Shown here: positions 54,309-61,701 of the stretch, one piece after another
Layout: every line of letters starts with the position of its first letter
Numbering within the stretch: the first letter of the stretch is position 1
NCBI GenBank assembly: GCA_963821605.1
Contig: CAWGEZ010000060.1
Location: forward strand, 9,915-73,914
Direction: 5' to 3'
Source of the DNA: an uncultured delta proteobacterium
Lineage (GTDB): Bacteria; Desulfobacterota; Syntrophorhabdia; Syntrophorhabdales; WCHB1-27
Length of the DNA stretch: 64,000 bases
Position numbers and translations under genes: made by a program
The notes under the pieces: model-generated
Seen by the model: the letters and a program-made list of their open reading frames with translations, nothing else
Database searches by the model: none
Told to the model about the DNA's origin: nothing

Positions 54309-54329
54309 TCTCCCGCCCTCCCGATAATA

Positions 54330-54348
54330 GTATGACATTATATCATAC
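54330..54348 (-). promoter_or_regulatory. Palindromic operator overlapping a TATAAT box upstream of the RHH-mazF pair
   Basis: The minus strand reads GTATGATATAATGTCATAC. This is GTATGA / TCATAC arms around TATAAT, 20 nt upstream of the antitoxin ATG. Confidence 0.45.
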
Positions 54349-54384
54349 CATCAAGCATGCGAGCAACTACTCGGTCGATTCTGA

Positions 54385-54441
54385 GCCGAACATGAAAATC
54401 AGCGGGGGCTGTGAGACCTCCGCTGCATTGCCTTGCTGGGC
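54385..54441 (-). repeat. attC-like site 6 (after SnoaL unit; R'' unclear)
   Basis: Minus strand: ...AATGCAGCGG-AGGTCTCACAGCC-CCCGCTGATTTTCAT-GTTCGGC. It is homologous to sites 2 and 3. It lies 75 nt after the stop, and the R'' box is not obvious. Confidence 0.4.
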
Positions 54442-54516
54442 GGTCATCAAAATGTGTCACTTCATCACATTTCAACATTTCAAGAGCGTCTCGGTCGCCC
54501 AGGCCAACCGCGACCA

Positions 54517-54867
54517 TCAGCCTTTGGACAAAATCTTTGCGGCAAACGACTGGGTAACGATTTTGCCGCCCTGAACGACGAAGGTGTCTGTCGCCAGGTC
54601 GTAAGTGTTGTCGGCCGTCTCGGCGGTCCACAAAATATAGGCGTAGTCACCTTTGATGGACTGGTGCCTCAATTCAAACGAAGAACCAGGCTTTGCGAAC
54701 TCTGCCAACAAATGCTCGAATAACGGTCTGATGGCGTCGACTCCCAGCAACGGCCCGTCAGGCGTGAACAAGATTGACATGGGAGTGTAGTCGGAGAGGA
54801 TGCCATTGAGGTCGCCCTTGCCAAAGCACATCAAATGGTTGTCCAGGACTTCTTTCGTCGTCTTCAT
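54517..54867 (-). CDS. SnoaL-like / NTF2-fold protein
   Basis: 116 aa from the internal ATG 54867 (MKTTKEVLDNHLMCFGKGDLNGILSDY...ILWTAE...TDTFVVQGGKI). Confidence 0.65.
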   Translation of the reverse strand: MKTTKEVLDNHLMCFGKGDLNGILSDYTPMSILFTPDGPLLGVDAIRPLFEHLLAEFAKPGSSFELRHQSIKGDYAYILWTAETADNTYDLATDTFVVQGGKIVTQSFAAKILSKG

Positions 54868-54929
54868 TGCTACTCCTCGTTTCGTGGTTGCTGTTTTATA
54901 GAATGTAGACACTCATTCGGTATAAAATT

Positions 54930-54988
54930 CCTATACCCAGATTGGCGTCACCTGATCTTGGGCCGATCTGCGGCATCATCTGTTAGCC
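54930..54988 (-). repeat. attC-like site 5 (after methyltransferase unit; degenerate R')
   Basis: R'' GGCTAAC overlaps the stop. The internal GATCGGC...GTGACGCC is homologous to site 4. The 3' end reads GTATAGG instead of GTTRRRY. Confidence 0.35.
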
Positions 54989-55540
54989 CTTTTCTAATAT
55001 CACTGCCCTATTAGGAAATATTCTTGGCCTTTCAACAGGTATGAGGCCTGTATCCCGTGCTTTTCTGATGGTCCGCTCAAATGCCGTCTTTGAGGTATGC
55101 AATGGCGGCTCGACGATGAGAACTTGTCCGTTTGGCTTAAGTATTGATATTATCTCGTTGAAAAAGTCTTCCTGATTGGGAATTTCGTGAACCATATAGA
55201 ATGCCAGAACAAAATTAACACGCTCTGACAAACCCAACGTGTCCTTTTCGCACTTATGCAGGGTGATACGCTCTTCAAGTTCTGTTCCCTGAATTTTCTT
55301 TCTTAGTTTCCGAAGCATCCCTTCCTGCAAATCTGCAGCAATGACCCTACCTGATTTGCCAACCATCTGGGCTAGTTCAATGGAGAAAAAACCTGGGCCG
55401 CAACCTACATCCAGGACTGTCATTCCTTCTCTGACATAGGGTCCGAGTATTTTGTGAGGGTTTTGTAACCATCTTCGGATTCTATTGTCGAGACCACTTG
55501 CTAACGTAACCGGGCATACACGATTCTTTTCATCGGCCAC
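54983..55540 (-). CDS. Class I SAM-dependent methyltransferase
   Basis: 185 aa. Motif I is VLDVGCGPGFFS, followed by VIAADLQ. Confidence 0.8.
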   Translation of the reverse strand: MADEKNRVCPVTLASGLDNRIRRWLQNPHKILGPYVREGMTVLDVGCGPGFFSIELAQMVGKSGRVIAADLQEGMLRKLRKKIQGTELEERITLHKCEKDTLGLSERVNFVLAFYMVHEIPNQEDFFNEIISILKPNGQVLIVEPPLHTSKTAFERTIRKARDTGLIPVERPRIFPNRAVILEKG

Positions 55541-55560
55541 TATGCCCGTCTCCTCTCTGT

Positions 55561-55626
55561 GGCTAACGCCTGCATAACCGGGAGGCGACGCCGTTTGTTG
55601 CCGATCCGGTTCATGCGGTGTTAGCC
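55561..55626 (-). repeat. attC-like site 4 (after GNAT unit)
   Basis: Minus strand: GGCTAAC-ACC-GCATGAACCGG-ATCGGCAACAAACGGCGTCGCCT-CCCGGTTATGC-AGGC-GTTAGCC. The R boxes are perfectly complementary. L'' has one extrahelical G. Confidence 0.65.
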
Positions 55627-56127
55627 ACTTGCACTAAAGCCTTCATGGAATACTACCGTACCGCTGGTCTTGCTCTCCTCGAACGGCAACGCAAGAAAGT
55701 ACTGTTGTGGAACGCCGTCAATAAATAAGTCCGTGAGATTTCTAAAGCCGAACCTTTCATAGTAACCAGGGTCGCCCACGAGCACGCAACCTTTTGCACC
55801 CAATGCCTTTAGCAAAGAAAGACCTTCATAAACCAGGGATTTTCCAATACCCTGCTTCTGTAATTCTGGTACGACAGAGATGGGACCAAGACCATACCAA
55901 TCAGGGCTACCATCGGAAATGGTCACAGGCGAAAATGCTATGTGGCCTACCACCTTCTTCTCAACTTCTGCAATCAGCGAGATTGTGAGCGCTTTTGCAT
56001 CTCGTAATGCGCAAATAATGAACTGCTCCGTGTGGTTACTAATGGCAAGACTCTCAAAAGCTGCTTTGGTGATTTCGGATATTGTTTCAACGTCTGACCC
56101 GATTTCATTCCGAATAATGATGTTCAT
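55621..56127 (-). CDS. GNAT-family N-acetyltransferase
   Basis: 168 aa from ATG 56127. The acetyl-CoA site is VVPELQKQGIGKSLV. It looks YhbS-like overall. Confidence 0.8.
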   Translation of the reverse strand: MNIIIRNEIGSDVETISEITKAAFESLAISNHTEQFIICALRDAKALTISLIAEVEKKVVGHIAFSPVTISDGSPDWYGLGPISVVPELQKQGIGKSLVYEGLSLLKALGAKGCVLVGDPGYYERFGFRNLTDLFIDGVPQQYFLALPFEESKTSGTVVFHEGFSASG

Positions 56128-56161
56128 GTCTGACTCGCACCCCATGGCTTATTTACTGATG

Positions 56162-56218
56162 GCTCAACATGAAGTTCAGCCGGCGCTGCAAGCGATCGGC
56201 TGCAACGGCTCGTTACCC
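56162..56218 (-). repeat. attC-like site 3 (after phd-parE unit)
   Basis: Minus strand: GGGTAAC-GAGCCGT-TGCAGCCG-ATCGCTTGCAGCG-CCGGCTGA-ACTTCAT-GTTGAGC. R'' spans the parE stop codon. Confidence 0.6.
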
Positions 56219-56512
56219 GCCGCCGCTTTCAGGTTCTTGAGGTAACTGAGCGCTATGCCATGCGGCAACGATCCATACAGTTTCATCTTTGATTCTGTAG
56301 AAGAACCGATATGGCCTCACAATCACTTCACGAAAAGGGAGATCCGAGAACTCCGGAACCAATCTCCCGGATTCTGGAAACTTTGTCAGGCGAGAAAGCG
56401 TCTTCTCTGCCCTCTTGCGGAAACTTATGGCACCCGAAGGGTTATCCCGGTAAATGTAAGCAATTGCTCCAAGAAACTGGCGGCGGCCCGTCGGGGTGAA
56501 AAGAACTCTCAA
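56213..56512 (-). CDS. RelE/ParE-family type II toxin
   Basis: 99 aa with ...PESGRLVPEF....REVIVRPYRFFYRI.DETVWIVAAWH. Confidence 0.8.
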   Translation of the reverse strand: MRVLFTPTGRRQFLGAIAYIYRDNPSGAISFRKRAEKTLSRLTKFPESGRLVPEFSDLPFREVIVRPYRFFYRIKDETVWIVAAWHSAQLPQEPESGGG

Positions 56513-56790
56513 GGCCTTGAAGTCTCAAGAAACCGGTCGGCTTCTTTCAAAACGTCGTCAAGTTCATAGCCGACGCCCGCCCCTATTTCTTTCTCACCAA
56601 GAGCCAGTAACCGTAAGATGTCAAGCTCATGCTGGAACTCTTCATAAACCTGCATGCTGACCATGACTGCGGCCGCTCGTCCGCGCTGGGTGATAAAGAC
56701 AGGTTCTCTGGACGATGAAACGCCTTTGACAACATCGCTCGCGTTTTGTCTCAGGTCGGAAATAGGTATGATCTTTGGAGCCTTAGGCAT
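56509..56790 (-). CDS. Phd/YefM-family antitoxin
   Basis: 93 aa: IPISDLRQNASDVVKGVSSSREPVFITQRGRAAAVMVS. There is a 4-nt overlap with the toxin. Confidence 0.8.
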   Translation of the reverse strand: MPKAPKIIPISDLRQNASDVVKGVSSSREPVFITQRGRAAAVMVSMQVYEEFQHELDILRLLALGEKEIGAGVGYELDDVLKEADRFLETSRP

Positions 56791-56808
56791 TGCTTGTACC
56801 TCCTATGA

Positions 56809-56845
56809 TACTATTAATAGTACTACAGGCGGGTACCGTCGTCAA
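56809..56845 (-). promoter_or_regulatory. Putative promoter plus palindromic operator of the phd-parE unit
   Basis: Minus strand: TTGACG (56845-56840), a 17-nt spacer, then TACTAT (56822-56817). The perfect palindrome TACTATTAATAGTA (56809-56822) covers the -10 box. Confidence 0.5.
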
Positions 56846-56868
56846 GATTTCTGCCTCAGTCTTCTTAC

Positions 56869-56927
56869 GGGTAACACCATGATCAGCAGCGAGTATAACG
56901 AGTCGGCTGCATCAATTTGGCCCGCTT
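56869..56927 (-). repeat. attC-like site 2 (after antitoxin-mazF-like unit)
   Basis: Minus strand: AAGCGGGCCAAATTGA-TGCAGCCGACTCG-TTATA-CTCGCTGCTGATCATGGT-GTTACCC. The L boxes are homologous to sites 3 and 6. The R'' box is poor. Confidence 0.45.
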
Positions 56928-57251
56928 CTAATGGATGTCTAGTTGAACCTTGATGGCTTCCTCTACCTTGTGCATGTCCTCCTGGGATAGGATACTAGCG
57001 CGTTTGAAAAGCCGCTCTTTGCTGACCGTTGCGAGTTGGTCCGCCATAGCCTTACTTTTCTTGCCTTCAAAAACGACTGCGCCCTCACTCGGGTAGAGCT
57101 TGTCCACGTTGCTGGTGAGAGGAACAACCTGGACTCGGTTGAGGAATCGGTTGGAGGCATCATTGCTTACAATCACTGCAGGTCGCTTTTTCCTCACCTC
57201 TCCGCCTATAGAAGGATCAAAGTTAACCCACCAAATCTCACGCCGCTTCAT
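56928..57251 (-). CDS. MazF/PemK-family type II toxin, second copy
   Basis: 107 aa: [28 protein letters not shown]...VQVVPLTS. Confidence 0.85.
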   Translation of the reverse strand: MKRREIWWVNFDPSIGGEVRKKRPAVIVSNDASNRFLNRVQVVPLTSNVDKLYPSEGAVVFEGKKSKAMADQLATVSKERLFKRASILSQEDMHKVEEAIKVQLDIH

Positions 57252-57466
57252 GCTATGTCCTTAAAGGTGGCCTCGGCCCACTCAACGGCCTCCTTCTCTC
57301 TTTTTTTGTCCTTCGCCATATCGGCGTATGCCGATGCCAGGTTGGGACGAACGACATGCGGACGAACCAATTCTTGCACGAACCTGCTTATTTTGCGAGG
57401 ACCAATGGTCTTGTGGAGTCCTTCGTAGACCTCTTCATCCACCGTTATGGTCAGCTTCTTCTGCAT
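57248..57466 (-). CDS. Antitoxin partner of the second MazF-like toxin
   Basis: 72 aa beginning [17 protein letters not shown] (RHH-like start). There is a 4-nt overlap with the toxin. Confidence 0.6.
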   Translation of the reverse strand: MQKKLTITVDEEVYEGLHKTIGPRKISRFVQELVRPHVVRPNLASAYADMAKDKKREKEAVEWAEATFKDIA

Positions 57467-57482
57467 TGCACGCCTCCATTAT

Positions 57483-57517
57483 ACGTATACTATACGTGTA
57501 GTTGAGCGGCGTGTCAA
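57483..57517 (-). promoter_or_regulatory. Putative promoter plus palindromic operator of the antitoxin-mazF-like unit
   Basis: Minus strand: TTGACA (57517-57512), a 17-nt spacer, then TATAGT (57494-57489). The perfect palindrome ACGTATA-G-TATACGT (57483-57497) covers the -10 box. Confidence 0.5.
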
Positions 57518-57586
57518 TTGCTCATTGTTTTTGGGGCCAACGAAAAGCTCACCTGCGCGGCGGACAGGAAGAGGGGTATGGGAAAG

Positions 57587-57641
57587 CCTTAACGGGATGA
57601 ACCAGATATTCTCCCGCGTCAGGTGCAGCGCCTTGTTCGCT
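57587..57641 (-). repeat. attC-like site 1 (after hicBA unit)
   Basis: Minus strand: AGCGAAC-AAGGCGC-TGCACCTGA-CGCGGGAGAAT-ATCTGGTTCA-TCCC-GTTAAGG. R'' overlaps the hicA stop. Confidence 0.55.
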
Positions 57642-57865
57642 CACAAAAGCTGTTTCAACTGTTCTATTGAGATCTCACAATCCCGGAGGATTTGAGCCAA
57701 CAGCCCTCGACCAATTGTTTCACCGCTATGAACTGGCACTGTGGTACATCTGCCGTCAGAATGCTGAAGGAAATGGTGGCTGCCTTTCTTGCGAATGACC
57801 TCGAAGCCCGTTTTCCGAAGAGCCTTGACGAGTCGTTGGCCCGTAACGGCAGGAAGAGTGCTCAC
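57641..57865 (-). CDS. hicA: HicA-family toxin (mRNA interferase)
   Basis: GTG start at 57865. The 74-aa protein carries GQRLVKALRKTGFEVIRKKGSHHFL. Confidence 0.8.
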   Translation of the reverse strand: MSTLPAVTGQRLVKALRKTGFEVIRKKGSHHFLQHSDGRCTTVPVHSGETIGRGLLAQILRDCEISIEQLKQLL

Positions 57866-58071
57866 GCGTTGACCGCCACACGTTGAACGCCTATGAATTC
57901 GGTGGGTATCGGGTCCTCCACCTCGAGGCAAAGCTCAATTGCCTCTTTTACTCTTTTCATAAGGACGTCAAGTGACTTTGCCTGTGTATGACATCCCCGT
58001 AAGGCGGGTACCGATGCTACAAAATATCCGTCCTCGTCTTTCTCGATAACTACGCTGAATTCTCTGATCAT
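57862..58071 (-). CDS. hicB: HicB-family antitoxin (short UPF0150 type)
   Basis: 69 aa: FSVVIEKDEDGYFVASVPALRGCHTQAKSLDVLMKRVKEAIELCLE. There is a 4-nt overlap with hicA. Confidence 0.8.
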   Translation of the reverse strand: MIREFSVVIEKDEDGYFVASVPALRGCHTQAKSLDVLMKRVKEAIELCLEVEDPIPTEFIGVQRVAVNA

Positions 58072-58309
58072 TTCCTTAATCCTCCATACCTTATAATATC
58101 ACAGAGGAAACGTCGCTTCATCTTTTCTTTAGCGAACAATTAATATACGGTGCCCGTCTTTTCTGACATCTTATACCGTTGTCGAAAAAATGCAATAACA
58201 AAATGTTCAGCAAAAGCAATAACTTAACTTATGGCTACTTGGCAATTGGTCGATAATATCAGGAAAGGCGGGGTTGGTTTTTCCTGGCACCCCATTATAG
58301 CCCATTAGC

Positions 58310-58447
58310 ATGGACCTGAAAGATATTCTCCCCGAGTTCCAGACGTTCCTCCGGGAACGAAGAATAGTCCACCAGAATAGTATACTCTGCTACGCTGTTT
58401 GGGCCAGCAAATTCCTGGGCTTCGCTCTCATGAATCACAACCCGTGA
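58310..58447 (+). pseudogene. Remnant (45 codons) of an integron-integrase-like tyrosine recombinase N-terminus
   Basis: MDLKDILPEFQTFLRERRIVHQNSILCYAVWASKFLGFALMNHNP followed by a stop. The F..FL...(9-12)...Y..W...FL.F pattern resembles the N-terminal SAM-like domain of IntI-type recombinases. It is divergent from the cassettes, and nothing downstream in any frame continues it. Confidence 0.4.
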
Positions 58448-58651
58448 TTGACCGCGTATACTGAGGGCTGCGCGGCGCGCTACGTGAACAACAGTTCGGT
58501 ACCGGCCGGGCGAGTTTCGATGGATACCGCGAAGACAAGGGGCCGCCGACCGGAGGCGTAGCAGCGCTACGTTGAGGACCGTGCGCGAAGGCGATAGCGA
58601 AGCATCCTGTAAGGACAAAGGTAGGCGCGAAAGGCGCCCGGCCGCTTCCCG

Positions 58652-59959
58652 CTATCTCACGAGATTAGACAGACACAGCACCGTCCAATACGGCGACACC
58701 ATCAAGCATATAATCGATAGAATATATGACGGGATATAATAAAGCCCGCCCCGAAAGACCGTTGCCAGCGGAATATCTTTTGCCATGCCTGCGACCACGT
58801 AGCAACATATCCCGATCGGTGGCATGATGGAACCCATGGTCGTCACGATGGTGATGACCTGGCCGAACCAGATCGGGTCGTAGCCCATGTGCGTGACGAT
58901 GGGATAGAAGATGGGCAGGGAGACGAGCAGGAAGGCGAGCGCGTCCATCACGCAGCCCCCGATAATGTAACAGAACAAGACTATCCAGAGGAGGATCCAG
59001 TTCGGGAGAGCCAGTCCGCTGATCCAGTCCGCGGCCTCAAACGGAAGCCGGGTAACCGTGAGAAAACGGCCGAAAATAACGGCCCCTGCCACGATCATGA
59101 AGACAAGACAGGAGATGCGCAGGGTGTCGACGATGGATAAGATGAAATGTTTCCATGTCAGCTTCCGGCGCACGAGGCAGATGATAAGGCCGAGGGCGCA
59201 GCTTGCTGCGGCTGCTTCGGTGGCAGTGACAACACCTGTAAAGAGGGCGTACATGATGATGGCAAAGAGGATCAGGATATCGATGATGTCCGGAAGTGCC
59301 TTGAACCGTTCCCGCCATGAGCTTTTGTCGCCGGCAGGTCCCCAATCCGGATGGCGCCAGCAGATGTAGCCTACGGTCGCTGCAATAAGAACAGTCAGTA
59401 TGGCGCTCGGTATTACGTTGCCGAAAAAAAGTTTGCCTATGGACTGGCCGGTGTATAGCCCGTACACGACGAGCACGATGCTCGGAGGGATCAGAACACC
59501 GAGGGTGGCCCCGGCCGCAACAGAACCGGCGTTAAGCATGGGGTGATAGTTATATTTTCTCATGGCCGGGATCGCCACCTGGCTCATGGTGGCTGCTGTT
59601 GCGGTGTTACTGCCGCTTATGGCTGAAAAGGCTGCGCACGCCATGATGGTGGTGATGGCCAGTCCGCCCTTGTAATGACCGAACCATTTGTAGGTCGCGT
59701 GATAGAGCCCGTCGTTGTAGCCCGCGTAGTGGACAAATTCGCCCACGAGAATAAACATGGGGATAACGGTGAGCCCGTAATTTGAGAAAATGTTCCACAT
59801 GTCCGTACCGATCATGCCGAGAGCTGCCGGCAGAGAGGTCACATAAGCAAATCCCAGGAATCCGACAATGGCCATGGTGAACCCTGCAGGTATCCTGAAC
59901 AGAAATAGCACGGCAAACATCACCACGATCCCGTATACACCAACGATAGGGCCTTGCAT
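58652..59959 (-). CDS. dctM: TRAP transporter large permease
   Basis: Intact 435 aa, polytopic, immediately downstream of dctQ. Confidence 0.9.
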   Translation of the reverse strand: MQGPIVGVYGIVVMFAVLFLFRIPAGFTMAIVGFLGFAYVTSLPAALGMIGTDMWNIFSNYGLTVIPMFILVGEFVHYAGYNDGLYHATYKWFGHYKGGLAITTIMACAAFSAISGSNTATAATMSQVAIPAMRKYNYHPMLNAGSVAAGATLGVLIPPSIVLVVYGLYTGQSIGKLFFGNVIPSAILTVLIAATVGYICWRHPDWGPAGDKSSWRERFKALPDIIDILILFAIIMYALFTGVVTATEAAAASCALGLIICLVRRKLTWKHFILSIVDTLRISCLVFMIVAGAVIFGRFLTVTRLPFEAADWISGLALPNWILLWIVLFCYIIGGCVMDALAFLLVSLPIFYPIVTHMGYDPIWFGQVITIVTTMGSIMPPIGICCYVVAGMAKDIPLATVFRGGLYYIPSYILSIICLMVSPYWTVLCLSNLVR

Positions 59960-59961
59960 GC

Positions 59962-60448
59962 TTACTCCTCTCCCGGGGCGAATATGTTCTTCAGGAAGTC
60001 AACAAAAGCGGTAAGGGATACCACTGCAAACGCAAGGGCGACGGCAAAAACGAAGGGATGATAGATCACCTTCAAGGTCTCTGAGACCTCGTGGGATACA
60101 TATATCTTCATACCCCAGACGAAAATCTGCCAGGAGACAATGGCGAAAAATAGCGTGATCACAAGGTAGGCGAAGGTATCGACGCCCTTCTGCAGTTTTT
60201 TTGGAAATCGCTCCGTGAGAATTTCCACGATAATGTGGTCCTTCCTTCGCTGGGTGTAACCAAGGGCAAAGGCTATGACAATAGCTCCAAGGAAGGCTAC
60301 GATCTCGTAAGCCCCGCGAAAGGGCAGATGAAATACCCTGAGCACAACGTTGCCGGTGGCAAGGGTCATGAGCGCAAGAACGGCAATGCCGCCGAGGATC
60401 ATAAGGACCTTGTTAAGAATGTTGGTTAACAGTTCGAGATATCTTCAT
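59962..60448 (-). CDS. dctQ: TRAP transporter small permease (frameshift near 60415)
   Basis: About 160 aa with 4 TM segments. ATG 60448 (MKISRTVN..) joins the 59962..60402 frame. Confidence 0.8.
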
Positions 60449-60568
60449 CCCAGTCCTCCACTAATGGGACACCCGCAAGGCGGGTACCCTGCTCACCGTG
60501 CGATCTGCTCGTCATGGAAAAGGCGCCCGGATGGCATTACTCCGGACACCTTTTCCATGAACGCTCAG

Positions 60569-61601
60569 TTACTTGAACTGTTTTTCGTATTTGTCCTTAA
60601 GCTTGTAAATATCGCTGAGGACCTGTTCCCCCGGAGTCCCCTGCGGGGTCACCCTCTTAACATACTCGTCCATCATGGGCTTGACGAGTTTCGGGATTTC
60701 AGTATACTCGGCGGCCGGCAGCCGAAAAACCTGGTGGCTATATTTTTCCTTTGACCAGGCAAGGGCCTCCTTGACGTGGTCATCCACGTATTTGCCCGTC
60801 CAATCCGCCTGCTCTCGCCTCAAGTCATCCAACACCTTTTTGACGTTAGCGGGCATAGCATTCCATTTGTCCTTGTTCATGACAACGGCGAAGGTAACAA
60901 CGAAGAGGTTCGCCTCAGTTGCGTACGGGCAATAAGCAGCGAAGTTGAAGTCCTTCAGTATCTCCATCGAGGAAACGATGCCCTTCACTACGCCTTTCTG
61001 GATGGCCTCGGGTGTTTCCGACTGGGGCATGGCGACAGGGGTGCCTCCGAGACGGGTGATGACTTCCGCCCCCGTACCCGAAACACGCAGCTCCATCCCT
61101 TTTAGGTCTTTCAGCGATTTTACCGGGGTCTTGGTCATGAAGTCTGCCGGCGGGCAGGTGAACAGGGTTAAGATCTTTACTTTTTCGAATTCCTTTGGAT
61201 ACTTTTCAACGAGATCGTAGAGGGCAAGACTGGCAGCCCTGGCACTGGTGAAGCCGATGGGAAGATCGACTGCTTCGGAAACAGGGAAGCGCCCCGGCTG
61301 ATAGCTCATCGCAAAGTTCCCGATATCTGCTGTGCCGGTGATGACGCCGTCAAATATGTTCTTGGCAGGGAGAAGCGTGCCGCCCGGGAACGTCTTTACC
61401 GAAACGGCATTGTTGGTTCTTTTCTCCACTTCCTTTGCCCATCTCTCCATCTGGACACACGGGAACGTTGTCGCCGGAGGAAAATTGGCGTACGTCAAGG
61501 TTATCTTCTGCTGGGCCCCGGCCAGACTCGGGTGCGACAAGGCTTGCACCCATCAGCAAACTGATCCCCAAAAACATCACGAGCGTTTTTTTGAGAAGCA
61601 T
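60569..61601 (-). CDS. dctP: TRAP transporter DctP-type substrate-binding protein (frameshift near 61545)
   Basis: The signal peptide MLLKKTLVMFLGISLLMGASL lies in the 61350..61601 frame. The body is 60569..61549. It is a paralogue of 26156..27179. Confidence 0.85.
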
Positions 61602-61644
61602 AACTACCCCCTTTTAGTTAGTCATGGGCCCTACCCAGGCCCTT

Positions 61645-61678
61645 ATACCGATTCGCCTTCATTCATGCAAACTGGTAT
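61645..61678. repeat. Collapsed family-B terminal inverted-repeat pair (34 bp)
   Basis: ATACCGATTCGC-cttcattcat-GCAAACTGGTAT. The right arm is identical to the family-B repeat. The left arm has 3 mismatches. Confidence 0.4.
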
Positions 61679-61701
61679 TAACCACCATAGCCTTCTGCTA
61701 G

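Larger units (their letters stand above)
53689..58137 (-). mobile_element. Integron-type gene-cassette array (at least 7 cassettes) lacking an intact integrase
   Basis: All units are on the minus strand, and each ends in an attC-like imperfect palindrome. Three units show perfect complementarity between R'' and the upstream R'. An integrase-like remnant lies divergently at 58310..58447. Details are in the findings. Confidence 0.6.

Noticed and set aside
54338-54631. 97-aa minus-strand ORF
   Set aside because: It overlaps the SnoaL gene end in another frame and runs through attC-like site 6 and the mazEF promoter region. It has no start context.
55621-56127. GNAT as a TacT/AtaT-type acetyltransferase toxin
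   Set aside because: No RHH/DUF1778-type antitoxin ORF shares its cassette. The sequence looks like a general YhbS-type acetyltransferase.
58295-58618. 107-aa minus-strand ORF
   Set aside because: It is antisense to the integrase-like remnant and runs through the repeat block. Its Arg/Ser-rich composition is not coding-like.
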